NCBI GenBank assembly: GCA_019635275.1 | Contig: JAHBZV010000001.1 | Location: forward strand, 199,626-263,625 | Direction of reading: 5' to 3' | Length of the DNA: 64,000 bases | From: Burkholderiaceae bacterium | GTDB taxonomy: Bacteria; Pseudomonadota; Gammaproteobacteria; Burkholderiales; Burkholderiaceae_E | Position numbers and translations under genes: made by a program | The notes under the pieces: generated by a model | What the model saw: the letters and a program-made list of their open reading frames with translations, nothing else | Databases searched by the model: none | What the model was told of the DNA's origin: nothing | Shown here: one piece after another, positions 52,147 through 62,066 of the stretch | Numbering within the stretch: the first letter of the stretch is position 1 | How the letters are laid out: each line of letters begins with the position of its first letter

Positions 52147-52959
52147 CTATCGTCTCGGCCAGGCGATCGCGTTCGTGGCGAGGCTGTACAAGGCCCACAG
52201 CAGCAGCATCGGGATCACGGCCGTCTGCAGCAGGAAGATCACGATCAGGTTGATCATGTGCTCGATCGCCTGCTCGGCCGCCGCCTTCAGCTCCTCGAAG
52301 CGCGCCTTGACGTCGACGTTCTGCGACACCCAGCCCTTCATCTTCTCGAGCAGGCCGGTCTCGGGCGTCTCGACCCCGGTCGCCGGCGCGAGCGCCTGCG
52401 TCTGGCCCGACGCGGTGTCGATGACCCGCTGGCTGGCCGCGTAGTCGTCGGCCAGGAACTGCTGGAACAGCCAGTCGGAGCCGAGCGTCGTCAGCGGCAC
52501 CGCGAAGCGGACCAGCAGCAGCGCGACGACGACACTGGTGAACCAGCGTGGCGGCTGCAGCCTGCGGAAGTAGAGCCAGGCCCACGCGAGGACGGCGGCG
52601 GTCAGCAGCGCCGACACCGGCCAGTAGCCGCCGATGCCGATCAGCATCTTCTGCAGGCCGAACGACACGCTGGCCGCCAGCATCAGGTTCGAGAACTGCT
52701 CGACCATGTCGTTGACCGGGTCCAGCACCTGGCCCGGCGCGACGTTCACGCCGACGCCGAGCGGCTGGGCCGACAGCTCGGTGCCCTGCGCGACCGAGAT
52801 CACCGCGTTCAGCGCCCTCGCGGTGGCGAAACTGGCCAGCGCGCGCTTCAGGCCCGCGTCGACCCGCTCGCTGGCGGGCGTGTCGAGCGGCACGAACCAC
52901 GCGCAGAGCACGATGGCTGCCATCGCGAGGACGAACAGGATCGGGCGCACGATGTGCAT
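52147..52959 (-). CDS. Conserved hypothetical membrane protein
   Basis: ARALNAVISVAQGTE...PGQVLDPVNDMVEQFS motif and several TM segments; start ATG 52959. Confidence 0.7.
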   Translation of the reverse strand: MHIVRPILFVLAMAAIVLCAWFVPLDTPASERVDAGLKRALASFATARALNAVISVAQGTELSAQPLGVGVNVAPGQVLDPVNDMVEQFSNLMLAASVSFGLQKMLIGIGGYWPVSALLTAAVLAWAWLYFRRLQPPRWFTSVVVALLLVRFAVPLTTLGSDWLFQQFLADDYAASQRVIDTASGQTQALAPATGVETPETGLLEKMKGWVSQNVDVKARFEELKAAAEQAIEHMINLIVIFLLQTAVIPMLLLWALYSLATNAIAWPRR

Positions 52960-53060
52960 CTGCGGACTCCCTTCGCATGTCCGGCGGGGCGGCATGCCCC
53001 GGGGTACTGCGATTGTCGCCGACCGACCGGGCCGTTCGTTACCGGGAATCGGCCCGTCGG

Positions 53061-53588
53061 TCAGGACTCGCCCGGCGCTTCGAGCGTCCAGGCTGCGGGC
53101 CGCAGGCCTGCCACTTCGCAGTCGATCTCAGGGCCGCGCCGCTCGATTACCGCGAAATCCCCGTCCGCCAGCGCCAGCAGCGGATGGTGCCAGGTGCCGC
53201 GCCGGAACGTGATGCCGCAACGGCCGTCGACCAGGAAGGCTGTGAGGGTGCCGTCATCGGGCGCATCGTCGCCCAGCGCCACGACGACGACGAACGGCGT
53301 GCCGCCCAGCGGCAGGAAGGTCTGGCTGCCGAGTCGATGCCGCTCCAGTTCGCGCACCTCCAAAGGCAGTCGCACCGCGCTTGCGCGAAACACGCTCAGC
53401 GATGGTCGTCCGTCGTGCTCCAGCAAGTCGGGCTCCGGCATCTCGACACGCACCGAGGTGCCCGCGTTGATGCTGCGGCCGCCGCGCCCGGCGCTGCTCA
53501 CCACGTCGCCGTACGGCGCGAAGCCCTCGGTCGTCAACGGCCTGGGCGCGAGCCTGCGCCTGCCCCTCAGAAGTTGATCCCCAGCCAC
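53061..53588 (-). CDS. allA: Ureidoglycolate lyase
   Basis: PLT.EGFAPYGDV, INAG, LERHRLGSQTFLP and GTWHHPL; probable GTG start 53588. Confidence 0.85.
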   Translation of the reverse strand: MAGDQLLRGRRRLAPRPLTTEGFAPYGDVVSSAGRGGRSINAGTSVRVEMPEPDLLEHDGRPSLSVFRASAVRLPLEVRELERHRLGSQTFLPLGGTPFVVVVALGDDAPDDGTLTAFLVDGRCGITFRRGTWHHPLLALADGDFAVIERRGPEIDCEVAGLRPAAWTLEAPGES

Positions 53589-54301
53589 TCGCGCACCTGC
53601 GCATGGAGGTCGCCGGCGAAATCCGCCGGGCTGCCCTCGGCCGTGATCTCGCCGAGGCTCATCACGTAGATGTGGTCCGACATCGCCACCACGCGGCGCA
53701 CGTTGTGGTCGACCAGCAGGATTCCCATCCCCGCCTTCGCGAACGCGTCGATCCACTGGAACACCTCGGCTGCGACGCGCGGCGCCAGTCCGATGCTCGG
53801 CTCGTCGATCAGGCAGACCTTCGGCTGCACCATGTAGGCCTTGGCGAACTCCAGCGACTTCTGCTGGCCGCCCGACAGGTCGCCGGCCTGGGCCGCGAGC
53901 TTCTCCTTGAGCACCGGGAAGCGCTCGAGCGTGTCGGCGTAGCGCGCTTCGATCACGGCGCCATACTGCTTGCGGCGGCCTTCGAGCGGCAACCGCAGGT
54001 TCTCGGTGACCGTCATGTACGGGAACAGGCTCGACTCCTGCGGGATGTACCAGAGCCCGTCGTCGATCATCGTGTGCGGCGCCCTGCCCGAGATGTCGCG
54101 GCCGCCGAGTGTCACGCGGCCCGACTTGGGTCGCAGGAAGCCGCACAGGGTCTTCATCAGCGTCGACTTGCCGGCGCCGTTCAGCCCGATCAGGCCGCTG
54201 ATGCGACCGGCGTGCACCGCCAGCGAGACGTCTCGCAGCACGTCGATGTCGCCGAGATAGCCGGCGGTGACGCCCTCCATGGCGAGCAGGGTGTCAGCCA
54301 T
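53567..54301 (-). CDS. Branched-chain amino acid-type ABC ATP-binding protein (LivF-like)
   Basis: GLNGAGKST, LSGGQQK and IDEPSIGLAP. Confidence 0.9.
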   Translation of the reverse strand: MADTLLAMEGVTAGYLGDIDVLRDVSLAVHAGRISGLIGLNGAGKSTLMKTLCGFLRPKSGRVTLGGRDISGRAPHTMIDDGLWYIPQESSLFPYMTVTENLRLPLEGRRKQYGAVIEARYADTLERFPVLKEKLAAQAGDLSGGQQKSLEFAKAYMVQPKVCLIDEPSIGLAPRVAAEVFQWIDAFAKAGMGILLVDHNVRRVVAMSDHIYVMSLGEITAEGSPADFAGDLHAQVREWLGINF

Positions 54302-55031
54302 GCTCGTGCCCTTCGTGCGCCTGCTCGCCGAGGTAGGCCTCGATGACGGCCACGCCGTTGAGGACCTCCTGCGTCGGGCCGTCGGCGAGCACCTTGCCTG
54401 CGTTCATGCACACCGAGCGCGCGCAAAGCTCGACCACCACCGGCATGTCGTGGCTCACCAGGATGAAGGTCTGGCCGCTGGCGTTGCGGCGCTTGATGAA
54501 CGCGGCCATGGTCTCCTTCATGACCGGATGGACCGCGGCGAACGGCTCGTCGAGCAGCGCGATTCGCGGCGGCACCATGAAGCAGGCGCCGAACTCGAGC
54601 AGCTTCTTCTGCCCCCCCGACAGCTGCCCGCCGTCGAGGTGCATCACGTGGGTGAGCTGGAGTTCTTCGAGCAGCTCCACTGCGCGCGCCCCGGCCTTCG
54701 CCTCGTCGAGGCCCATCGCCAGGCCGCAGACGACCAGGTTGTCGAAGGCACTGACACGGTTGAACACGCGCGTCATCTGGAACATCCGCAGCACCCCGAG
54801 CCGGGTCAACTGCGTCGGGTTCAGGCCCAGCACGCTGCGGCCATCGAGCAGCACCTCGCCGGCGTCGGCAGCCATGTGCCCCGACAGCACGTTGAGCAGC
54901 GTGGTCTTGCCCGACCCGTTGGGGCCGATCAGGCCCAGCAGCTCGCCCTGTTGCACGTCCATGCTGACGCCGTCCACCGCGCGCAGGCCGCCGAAGCGCT
55001 TCTCGACCGACTGGATCTGCAGCAGCGCCAT
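54294..55031 (-). CDS. Branched-chain amino acid-type ABC ATP-binding protein (LivG-like)
   Basis: FGGLRAV, GPNGSGKTT, LSGGQKKLLE and VIEAYLG; start ATG 55031. Confidence 0.9.
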   Translation of the reverse strand: MALLQIQSVEKRFGGLRAVDGVSMDVQQGELLGLIGPNGSGKTTLLNVLSGHMAADAGEVLLDGRSVLGLNPTQLTRLGVLRMFQMTRVFNRVSAFDNLVVCGLAMGLDEAKAGARAVELLEELQLTHVMHLDGGQLSGGQKKLLEFGACFMVPPRIALLDEPFAAVHPVMKETMAAFIKRRNASGQTFILVSHDMPVVVELCARSVCMNAGKVLADGPTQEVLNGVAVIEAYLGEQAHEGHEHG

Positions 55032-56011
55032 CAGGCCTCCTTCGCCGCCGCGGGCGCCGCGGCCCGCCGGCGGGCGAGCGCCCCGCGCGCCAGACCCCAC
55101 AGCCCCTCGCGGAAGAAGCGGGCGAACACGATGACCAGCAGCGCGAACACGATCATCTGGATGTTGCCGACGTCGCGCAGCATCTCGGAGGCCACGTAGA
55201 CCAGCATCGCGCCGATCAGCGGGCCGACCAGCGTGCCCATGCCGCCGATCACCACCATCGCGATGACGATGCCGGTCTGCGAGATCAGGCCGAGCTCCGG
55301 GCTCACCAGTTGCGCGAAAGTGCCGTACAGTCCGCCGGCGAAGCCGCAGATCGCGCAACTCGCCAGGAACGCCCAGTTCTTGGCACGCACCACGTCGACC
55401 CCGCGGCTGGCCGCCCCGATCTCGTCGTCGCGGATCGCCAGCAGGTAGCGGCCGACCGGCGCGCGCAGCATCAGGAACACCACGATGGTCACCGCCGCGA
55501 GCGCGGCGAGGAACAGGTAGTAGTAGCCGACGCGGCTGTCCATCAGCCCGGGCACGTTCAGGCCCTGGTCGCCGCGCGTGAAGTCGATCGAGTTGTAGAT
55601 CACCAGCCGCACGATCTCGGCGAACGACAGCGTGGTGAGCGCGAGGTACGGACCGGACAGCCGCAACACGATGCGTCCCAGCACCAGTCCGATCAGCCCC
55701 GGCACGACGATCGACATCGGCAGCCCGATCCACGACGGTACTTTCCAGTGGTACGCGAGCAGGCCGGTCGTGTAGGCGCCCAGCATCGCGAAGGCCGCGG
55801 GCGCCAGCGAGAACTGCCCGGTGTAGCCGGCCAGCAGGTTCCAGCCGCACGACAGCATCGCGAAATACATGCTGACGATCAGCACGCCGAGCCAGTACGG
55901 CGACGAGATGCCCAGCGGCAGCAGCGCCAGCACGGCGAGCACGACCAGCGACAGGCGCATCTCCTGCATCAGCTTGCTGCGCAGGAAGTTCGGATGGCGG
56001 GGGATGCCCAT
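55031..56011 (-). CDS. Branched-chain amino acid-type ABC permease (LivM-like)
   Basis: WNLLAGYTGQFSL, LSGPYLALTTL, AIRDDEI.A and VVIGGMG. Confidence 0.9.
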   Translation of the reverse strand: MGIPRHPNFLRSKLMQEMRLSLVVLAVLALLPLGISSPYWLGVLIVSMYFAMLSCGWNLLAGYTGQFSLAPAAFAMLGAYTTGLLAYHWKVPSWIGLPMSIVVPGLIGLVLGRIVLRLSGPYLALTTLSFAEIVRLVIYNSIDFTRGDQGLNVPGLMDSRVGYYYLFLAALAAVTIVVFLMLRAPVGRYLLAIRDDEIGAASRGVDVVRAKNWAFLASCAICGFAGGLYGTFAQLVSPELGLISQTGIVIAMVVIGGMGTLVGPLIGAMLVYVASEMLRDVGNIQMIVFALLVIVFARFFREGLWGLARGALARRRAAAPAAAKEA

Positions 56012-56015
56012 CGCT

Positions 56016-56906
56016 TCAGACCTCCCGCGCGCGCTCGCCGAACAGCCCCTGCGGGCGGAACAGAAGGACCAGGATCAGCAGTACCAGCCCGAAGGTGTCG
56101 CGGTAGTCGTACGAGATGTAGACCGCGCCGAAGCTCTCGAGCACGCCCAGCGCGAGCGCCGCGACGATGCTGCCCGGAATCGAGCCCATGCCGCCGATGA
56201 CCACGATCACGTAGGACTTCACCGCCGGGAACACGCCGACGTCGGGCGCCGGGTTGATCACCGGCGCGAGCAGTGCGCCGGCCAGTGCCGCCAGCACGCC
56301 GGACGCCATGAAGATGATGCTGCTCGCGCGCGCGGTATCGATGCCGGCAATCGAGGCGCCGAGCCGGTTCTGCGCCACCGCCTGCACCTGCCTGCCCCAC
56401 AGCGAACGCTTGATGAATAGCGCCAGCCCGATCAGCAGCACGATCGCCACGCCGGCAGTGATCAGCTTCTGTCCGCTGGCCATGAACGGACCGATGGACA
56501 TCCGCGTCACCTCGGACAGCGACGGGCCGCGCATCGGGTAGGGGCCGACGATCTTGTCGACCAGGTTGATCAGCAGCAGGGACAACCCGAAGGTGACCAC
56601 CACCGCGTATTCGTCCTTCATCAGCGCCCACGAGCCGTATCCCGCGTAGAGCGGTCGCATCAGCCAGCGCTCGGTGGCCCAGCCGAGCAGCGCGCCCAAT
56701 GCGGCCGCGACCGGCAGCGCGAGCCACGGCGACACGCCGAGCGACAGCGACACCAGCGTGTAGGTGTAGGCGCCGATCATGTAGAACTCGCCGTGCGCGA
56801 AGTTCACGACCTTCAGGATCCCGAAGATCATGGTCAGGCCGACCGCCATCAGCGCGTAGAACAGGCCGATGATCAGCCCGTTGACGAACAGGTCCAGAGC
56901 GAGCAA
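56016..56906 (-). CDS. Branched-chain amino acid-type ABC permease (LivH-like)
   Basis: YALMAVGLTMIFG...VNFAHGEF, IGGMGSIPG and RPQGLFG. Confidence 0.9.
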   Translation of the reverse strand: MLALDLFVNGLIIGLFYALMAVGLTMIFGILKVVNFAHGEFYMIGAYTYTLVSLSLGVSPWLALPVAAALGALLGWATERWLMRPLYAGYGSWALMKDEYAVVVTFGLSLLLINLVDKIVGPYPMRGPSLSEVTRMSIGPFMASGQKLITAGVAIVLLIGLALFIKRSLWGRQVQAVAQNRLGASIAGIDTARASSIIFMASGVLAALAGALLAPVINPAPDVGVFPAVKSYVIVVIGGMGSIPGSIVAALALGVLESFGAVYISYDYRDTFGLVLLILVLLFRPQGLFGERAREV

Positions 56907-56996
56907 TCGAGTCTCCGCGTCGCGCCGCGGGAGCCTCCGCGGCGCGGCTTGTTGGCGGCTACCGGCCGCGCGAGGGCCGCGCGGCCGCTCCGGGCA

Positions 56997-58208
56997 TCAC
57001 TTCGCCGGCTTGACCACCTTGTCGATCTGCAGCGGCTGTCCCGGAACCTGGATCAGCGTGGTCTTGCTGACCGGCTGGTTGACGTCGGTCAGCTGGTAGG
57101 TCACGTAGGGGATGTCGACCCATTGCTGGTACTTGTAGCCCGCTTCCTGCGAGAACGAGAACTTGCCGCGCACGCCCTCGAACTCCATGCCTTTCAGCGC
57201 CGCGATGATCGCGGCGCCGTCGGTCGACTTCGCCTTCTCGATCGCGCGGGCGATCAGCAGTACCGAGTCCGCAGCCTGGAAGATCAGCCGGTTCGGCTCG
57301 TTCTTCGACTGCTTCTGGTAGATCTCGCCGACCTGCTTGCCGAGCGCGGGCATCGGCATCGCCGGGTGGTACAGGCCGAAGGCCAGCATGTACTTGCCGG
57401 CTTCCTTCACGTTCTGCCAGAAGTCCGGGTAGTCGGCGATGCCGGCGCCGTCGTAGAAGCCGGTCTTCGCGCTGGGCGCCACGCCCTGCTCGTACAGCTG
57501 GTTCATCAGGATGTAGGCGGCCGGCGGCAGCATGATGTTGACCACCAGGTCGGGCGGGCTGGCGCGCAGCGGCAGCACCGCGGGCGTGAAGTCCTTGCCG
57601 GCGCGGTCCAGCGCGACGTACTTGTACTGGGTCTGCGGCGCGGTCTGCTTCAGGAACTCCCCGAGCAGCTTCGCCTGGCCGATCCCGTAGTCGGTGTTCT
57701 CGGCGAACGCGATCACGCTCTTGACCTTCAGCGCGGCGATGGTCTCGGCCATCGCCGACGAGACGCGCGTGTTGTAGTTGCCCGGATTGAAGACCTCGGG
57801 ATAGCCCTTGGCGCGGACGTCGTCCGACCAGCAGTTGGTGTTGACGTACGGCGTCTTGTAGCGGTGCGCGACCTCGATTTCGGCCAGGCACACCGAGCTC
57901 TGGTGGCCGCCGGTCACCGCGACGACCTTGTCGCGGGTGATCAGCTTCTCGGTCGCGGCGCGGCCCTTCTCGGGGATGCCCTGGTTGTCTTCGTAGACGA
58001 CCTTCAGCGGCCGCCCGAGTACGCCGCCCTTGTCGTTGAGCATCTTGACGACGATCTCGACGCCGTCCTTCACCTGCGTGCCCTGCACGACCGAGCCCGG
58101 AGGCGACTGGGCGATGCTCACGCCGATGACGATCGGCTCGGCCGCGTACGAGGCGGTGGCCAGTGCGGTCGCCGAGGCGGCGAGCGCAATCCGGAACAGG
58201 TTCTTCAT
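56997..58208 (-). CDS. ABC substrate-binding protein (LivJ/Peripla_BP_6 type)
   Basis: Signal peptide, GGVLGRPL...ED and ENTDYG; GAAGGAG RBS before ATG 58208. Confidence 0.9.
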   Translation of the reverse strand: MKNLFRIALAASATALATASYAAEPIVIGVSIAQSPPGSVVQGTQVKDGVEIVVKMLNDKGGVLGRPLKVVYEDNQGIPEKGRAATEKLITRDKVVAVTGGHQSSVCLAEIEVAHRYKTPYVNTNCWSDDVRAKGYPEVFNPGNYNTRVSSAMAETIAALKVKSVIAFAENTDYGIGQAKLLGEFLKQTAPQTQYKYVALDRAGKDFTPAVLPLRASPPDLVVNIMLPPAAYILMNQLYEQGVAPSAKTGFYDGAGIADYPDFWQNVKEAGKYMLAFGLYHPAMPMPALGKQVGEIYQKQSKNEPNRLIFQAADSVLLIARAIEKAKSTDGAAIIAALKGMEFEGVRGKFSFSQEAGYKYQQWVDIPYVTYQLTDVNQPVSKTTLIQVPGQPLQIDKVVKPAK

Positions 58209-58219
58209 GGTCTTCTCCT

Positions 58220-59773
58220 TCAGGGGGTCGTATCCAGCAGGTCTTCGAGGCGGGCAGCGACGTTCAGAACCCTCCAGTCGTCGCCGCGCCGGGCCGCGAT
58301 CTGCACGCCGATCGGCAGGCCGTTGTCGCCGACGCCGCAGGGCAGCGTCAGCGCGGGCATGCCGGTCAGGTTGAACGGCATGGTGAGCGCGGTGACGGCG
58401 GTATGCAAGGGCACGTCGCGCCCGCCGATCCGCGCGGCGCCCGCGCCCGAGCGCGGCGGCTCGATGCGAAGCGTCGGGGTGACCAGCACGTCGACTTCGC
58501 GCGTCGCCGCCGCGAACATCGCGGCCAGCACCGCGCGGCCGCGCTGGGCGCGCACGTACCAGGTGGCCGGCAGGAACTGTCCGATCTCGAGCCGCACGCG
58601 CACGTCGGCGCCCAGCGTCTCGGGGCGCTCGGCGAGGCGCTTCCAGTGCAGGTCGGTCGCTTCGCTGCACAGCGTCACGAACTGCAATGCGGCGCTGTGC
58701 TCGACGCCCGGCAGGTCGATCGGGACCAGCTTCGCGCCGTCGTCGCGCATGCGCTCCAGCGCGGCGCGGACCGCGCGTGCCACGTCGTCGGCCAGCGGTT
58801 CGTAGAAGTAGTTGTTCGGCACGCCGACGCGCAGGCCCGCGAGCGGCGCGCGGCTGGCAGTGCGCGTCGGCTGGCCTGCCATCACCGAGTACATCAGCGC
58901 GGCGTCGGCGACGCTGGCTGCGATGGGGCCGACGTGGTCCAGGCTCGTGCCGAGCGACTGCGCGCCGTCGCGCGGCACCGCGTCGAACGTCGGCTTGAAG
59001 CCGACCACGCCGCAGCACGACGCGGGAAGCCGGATCGAGCCGGCGGTGTCGGTGCCGATCGCCATGCGGACGATGCCGGCCGCCACCGCGGCGGCCGAGC
59101 CGCCGCTGGAGCCACCCGGCGTGTGGCCGGGGCGCCGCGGGTTGACGACCCAGCCGTGGTGGGGGTTCTCGCTGGTGATGCCGTACGCGAACTCGTGCAG
59201 GTTCGCGGTGCCGATCACCAGTGCGCCGGCATCGCGCAGCCGCGCGACGGCCGGGGCGTCCTGCGTGGCGGGCGCAGGCTTGGGGCCGCCGGTGCCGTTG
59301 GTCTGCGGGAAGCCGGCGACCTGCATCAGGTCCTTGACCGCGACCGGCACGCCCATCAGCGGCATCGACGCGCCGTCGCTCAAGCGGCGTGCCGCGGCCG
59401 CAGCGGCCGAATCGAGGTCCGCGGGGTCGGCCAGCGTGATGAACGCGTTCAGTTGTCTGTGCTGCCGCGCGGCGGCAAGCGCGGCCTGCGAGGGTGCTGC
59501 GGCGCGCTCGGGTGCCGCGCGGCACTCGCGCGCGATCGCCGCGGCGCCGCCCGCGTCGTCGGCGAGCGGCACGCCGCCGGCCCCGATGCCCGCGGGCGGC
59601 GGCGACAGGTAGCCGAGCTCGGGCTCGGGCCGCAGGCGCTCGAAGACGCTCAATTCGGGCAGGTTCACGCGCAGCCGGTCGAGCCAGGCCTGGTGCCGGT
59701 CGACGTGCGGGTAGCGGCCGAGGCGCGCGATGCCGTCGACGGCGAGTTCGAAAAGTTCGAAAAGGTCGTCCAT
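58220..59773 (-). CDS. Amidase signature family protein with N-terminal extension
   Basis: GVPVAVKD, PGGSSGGSAAAVA and GTDTAGSIR (Ser-cisSer-Lys triad); probable start ATG 59773. Confidence 0.88.
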   Translation of the reverse strand: MDDLFELFELAVDGIARLGRYPHVDRHQAWLDRLRVNLPELSVFERLRPEPELGYLSPPPAGIGAGGVPLADDAGGAAAIARECRAAPERAAAPSQAALAAARQHRQLNAFITLADPADLDSAAAAAARRLSDGASMPLMGVPVAVKDLMQVAGFPQTNGTGGPKPAPATQDAPAVARLRDAGALVIGTANLHEFAYGITSENPHHGWVVNPRRPGHTPGGSSGGSAAAVAAGIVRMAIGTDTAGSIRLPASCCGVVGFKPTFDAVPRDGAQSLGTSLDHVGPIAASVADAALMYSVMAGQPTRTASRAPLAGLRVGVPNNYFYEPLADDVARAVRAALERMRDDGAKLVPIDLPGVEHSAALQFVTLCSEATDLHWKRLAERPETLGADVRVRLEIGQFLPATWYVRAQRGRAVLAAMFAAATREVDVLVTPTLRIEPPRSGAGAARIGGRDVPLHTAVTALTMPFNLTGMPALTLPCGVGDNGLPIGVQIAARRGDDWRVLNVAARLEDLLDTTP

Positions 59774-59848
59774 GTCTTCGTGCAGCCTCGCGATTGCGCG
59801 CGGCCGGTGCGACAGCCCTGGCTCGCGGGTTATATTGATTCGATCTGG

Positions 59849-59868
59849 CGGTCGAACCGGTCTGACCA
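59849..59868. promoter_or_regulatory. Tandem FadR-type operators CGGTCGAACCG / CGGTCTGACCA
   Basis: Two overlapping GGT-N3-ACC sites between the divergent amidase and GntR genes. Confidence 0.55.
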
Positions 59869-59939
59869 GTGGGCTGCCATCGTGCCGAGGCGGTGGCGGG
59901 CTGTCAATCGTGCGCGGCATTCGGAGCCGGGATATCGAA

Positions 59940-60617
59940 ATGAGCACCGTCGGGCAGGTCGCACGGGCGCTGCAGGCCCGCATTCGAAACAGGGACTGGG
60001 TCCGCGCCGGGAAGCTTCCGGGCCAGCGCCAGCTGGCCGCGGAGTTGGGTGTCAGTCGGGCATCGCTGCGCGAGGCGATCGCGATGCTGGAGAGCCTGGG
60101 GTTGCTGCGCAGCGAGCCGGGCCGCGGCGTCTTTATCGTGCGGCCCGGCGAGTCGCGCCCGGCGAGCGGCCTCGACCGCTGGCGCTTCCAGGCGCGCTAC
60201 GCCCTTCGCGACGTGTACGTCGTGCGCGGCGAACTCGAGGAGCTGGCGGCAGCGATGGCCGCGTCCGTCGTCACGGCGTCCGGACTGGCCACCTTGCGCG
60301 CCACGATCGAGCGGATGCGGGCGGGCGCCGACGCAGGTGACCTGGTGGCGATGGCGGAGGCCGATCGAGCGTTCCACGCCGCCGTCGTCGAGATCGCGGG
60401 CAGCCCGATGCTGCGCGACCTCTCCGATAGCGTCGCGGCGGTGGTCGACAGCAGCCGGCAGGTCGCCTTCGCGGATCCGAACAGGGTGCGTGAGCCGATT
60501 CGCGAGCACGAGCGGATCCTCGACGCCCTGGCGAGCGGATCCCCGAGGGCGGCGCGGCGGGCGATGCGGACCCACATCCGCAGGGCGGCCGGCCGGGTCG
60601 GTGTCGAACTCGCGTGA
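59940..60617 (+). CDS. GntR/FadR family transcriptional regulator
   Basis: KLPGQRQLAAELGVSRASLREA HTH plus FCD (ADRAFH, EHERI); start ATG 59940. Confidence 0.9.
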   Translation: MSTVGQVARALQARIRNRDWVRAGKLPGQRQLAAELGVSRASLREAIAMLESLGLLRSEPGRGVFIVRPGESRPASGLDRWRFQARYALRDVYVVRGELEELAAAMAASVVTASGLATLRATIERMRAGADAGDLVAMAEADRAFHAAVVEIAGSPMLRDLSDSVAAVVDSSRQVAFADPNRVREPIREHERILDALASGSPRAARRAMRTHIRRAAGRVGVELA

Positions 60618-60793
60618 GCGCGCTGGCCAGCCGATCCCTCGAGGAATGGCCGAACGCATGAGCGCGACTCATGCGTCGGCACCGAAAAAATCGGTTGTCG
60701 ATGCATCGCGGCGATGGCCTGATGACGCCACGCGCCGGCGAGTCGAGGCATCGGCGCGGCACCGACATCGAACAATCCGGGGGACACGATCAA

Positions 60794-62014
60794 ATGCGCG
60801 CGACTTCGCTTCTCGGCAGTCTGTTGTTGGCCATTGCGGCCGCCGTGCCCGCCGCGCACGCCCAGACGGGCGCGTCGCCGGCCGGCGCCCTCAAGCTCGG
60901 GGTCCTGACGGACATGTCCGGCGTCTATTCCGACTTCTCGGGCAACGGGTCGGTGGTGGCAGTGCAGATGGCCATCGACGACTTCGGCGGCAAGGTGCTC
61001 GGCCGGCCGATCCAGTTGCTGTCGGCCGACCACCAGAACAAGGCCGACATCGGGGCGAACCTCGCGCGCGAGTGGTACGACAAGGAGAACGTCCGCGCGA
61101 TCTTCGACACGACGAACTCCGCGGTGACCCTCGCGGTCACCGCCGTGACACGCGACAAGAACCGCATCGTGATGATCGGCGGCTCCAGCACGACCAAGGT
61201 CACGACCGACTCCTGCACCCCGAACAGCGTCCAGTACGTCTACGACGCGAACGCACTCTCCAACGTCACCGGGAAGGCGCTGATCGCACAGGGTGGCGAC
61301 ACCTGGTACTTCATTACCGTCGACTTCGCCTTCGGCCACGGCCTGGAGAAGGCGACCTCGGACGTGGTGAAAGCGGCGGGCGGAAAGGTCGTCGGGGCCG
61401 TCCGTCATCCATTGAACACCACCGATTTCTCGTCGTTCCTCCTGCAGGCGCAGGCGTCGGGGGCCAAGGTGATCGCCCTGGCCAATGGGGGTTCGGACAC
61501 GATCAACGCCATCAAGGGGGCGAGCGAGTTCAAGATCACGAACTCCGGCAAGCAACGTGTCGCATCGTTGCTGACCTTCATCACCGATGTCCACGCCATG
61601 GGGCTGAACCTGGCCGAAGGCATCATGCTGACCGAGGCGTTCTACTGGAACCTGAACGACGAGACACGCGCCTGGTCGCGGCGGTTCTTCGAGAAGACGA
61701 AGCGCATGCCGACGATGGTCCAGGCGGGCATGTACTCGGCTGCCACGCACTACCTGAAGGCGGTGGCGGCCAGCGGCACCGACGACACTGCCGCCGTGAT
61801 GGCGAAGATGAAGGCGACCCCGGTGAACGACATGTTCGCCAAGGGCGGACGGATCCGCGCCGACGGCCTGCACGTGCACGACATGTACCTGATGCAGGTG
61901 AAGAAGCCTTCCGAATCGAAGTCGCCCTGGGACTACTACCACGTCAGGGCCACGGTTCCGGCGGCCGAGGCGTTCTCGCCGATGACGCCCGGCGCCTGCG
62001 CCTTCGTCAAGTAG
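60794..62014 (+). CDS. ABC substrate-binding protein (branched-chain/aromatic type, stand-alone)
   Basis: LGVLTDMSG.Y, ADHQNKAD, WYFITVDFAFG and IRADG; start ATG 60794. Confidence 0.9.
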   Translation: MRATSLLGSLLLAIAAAVPAAHAQTGASPAGALKLGVLTDMSGVYSDFSGNGSVVAVQMAIDDFGGKVLGRPIQLLSADHQNKADIGANLAREWYDKENVRAIFDTTNSAVTLAVTAVTRDKNRIVMIGGSSTTKVTTDSCTPNSVQYVYDANALSNVTGKALIAQGGDTWYFITVDFAFGHGLEKATSDVVKAAGGKVVGAVRHPLNTTDFSSFLLQAQASGAKVIALANGGSDTINAIKGASEFKITNSGKQRVASLLTFITDVHAMGLNLAEGIMLTEAFYWNLNDETRAWSRRFFEKTKRMPTMVQAGMYSAATHYLKAVAASGTDDTAAVMAKMKATPVNDMFAKGGRIRADGLHVHDMYLMQVKKPSESKSPWDYYHVRATVPAAEAFSPMTPGACAFVK

Positions 62015-62066
62015 TCGTCCGACGGCGCCTGCCATGGAGGCGGCCCGCGGACAGGCAGGTTTCGCC

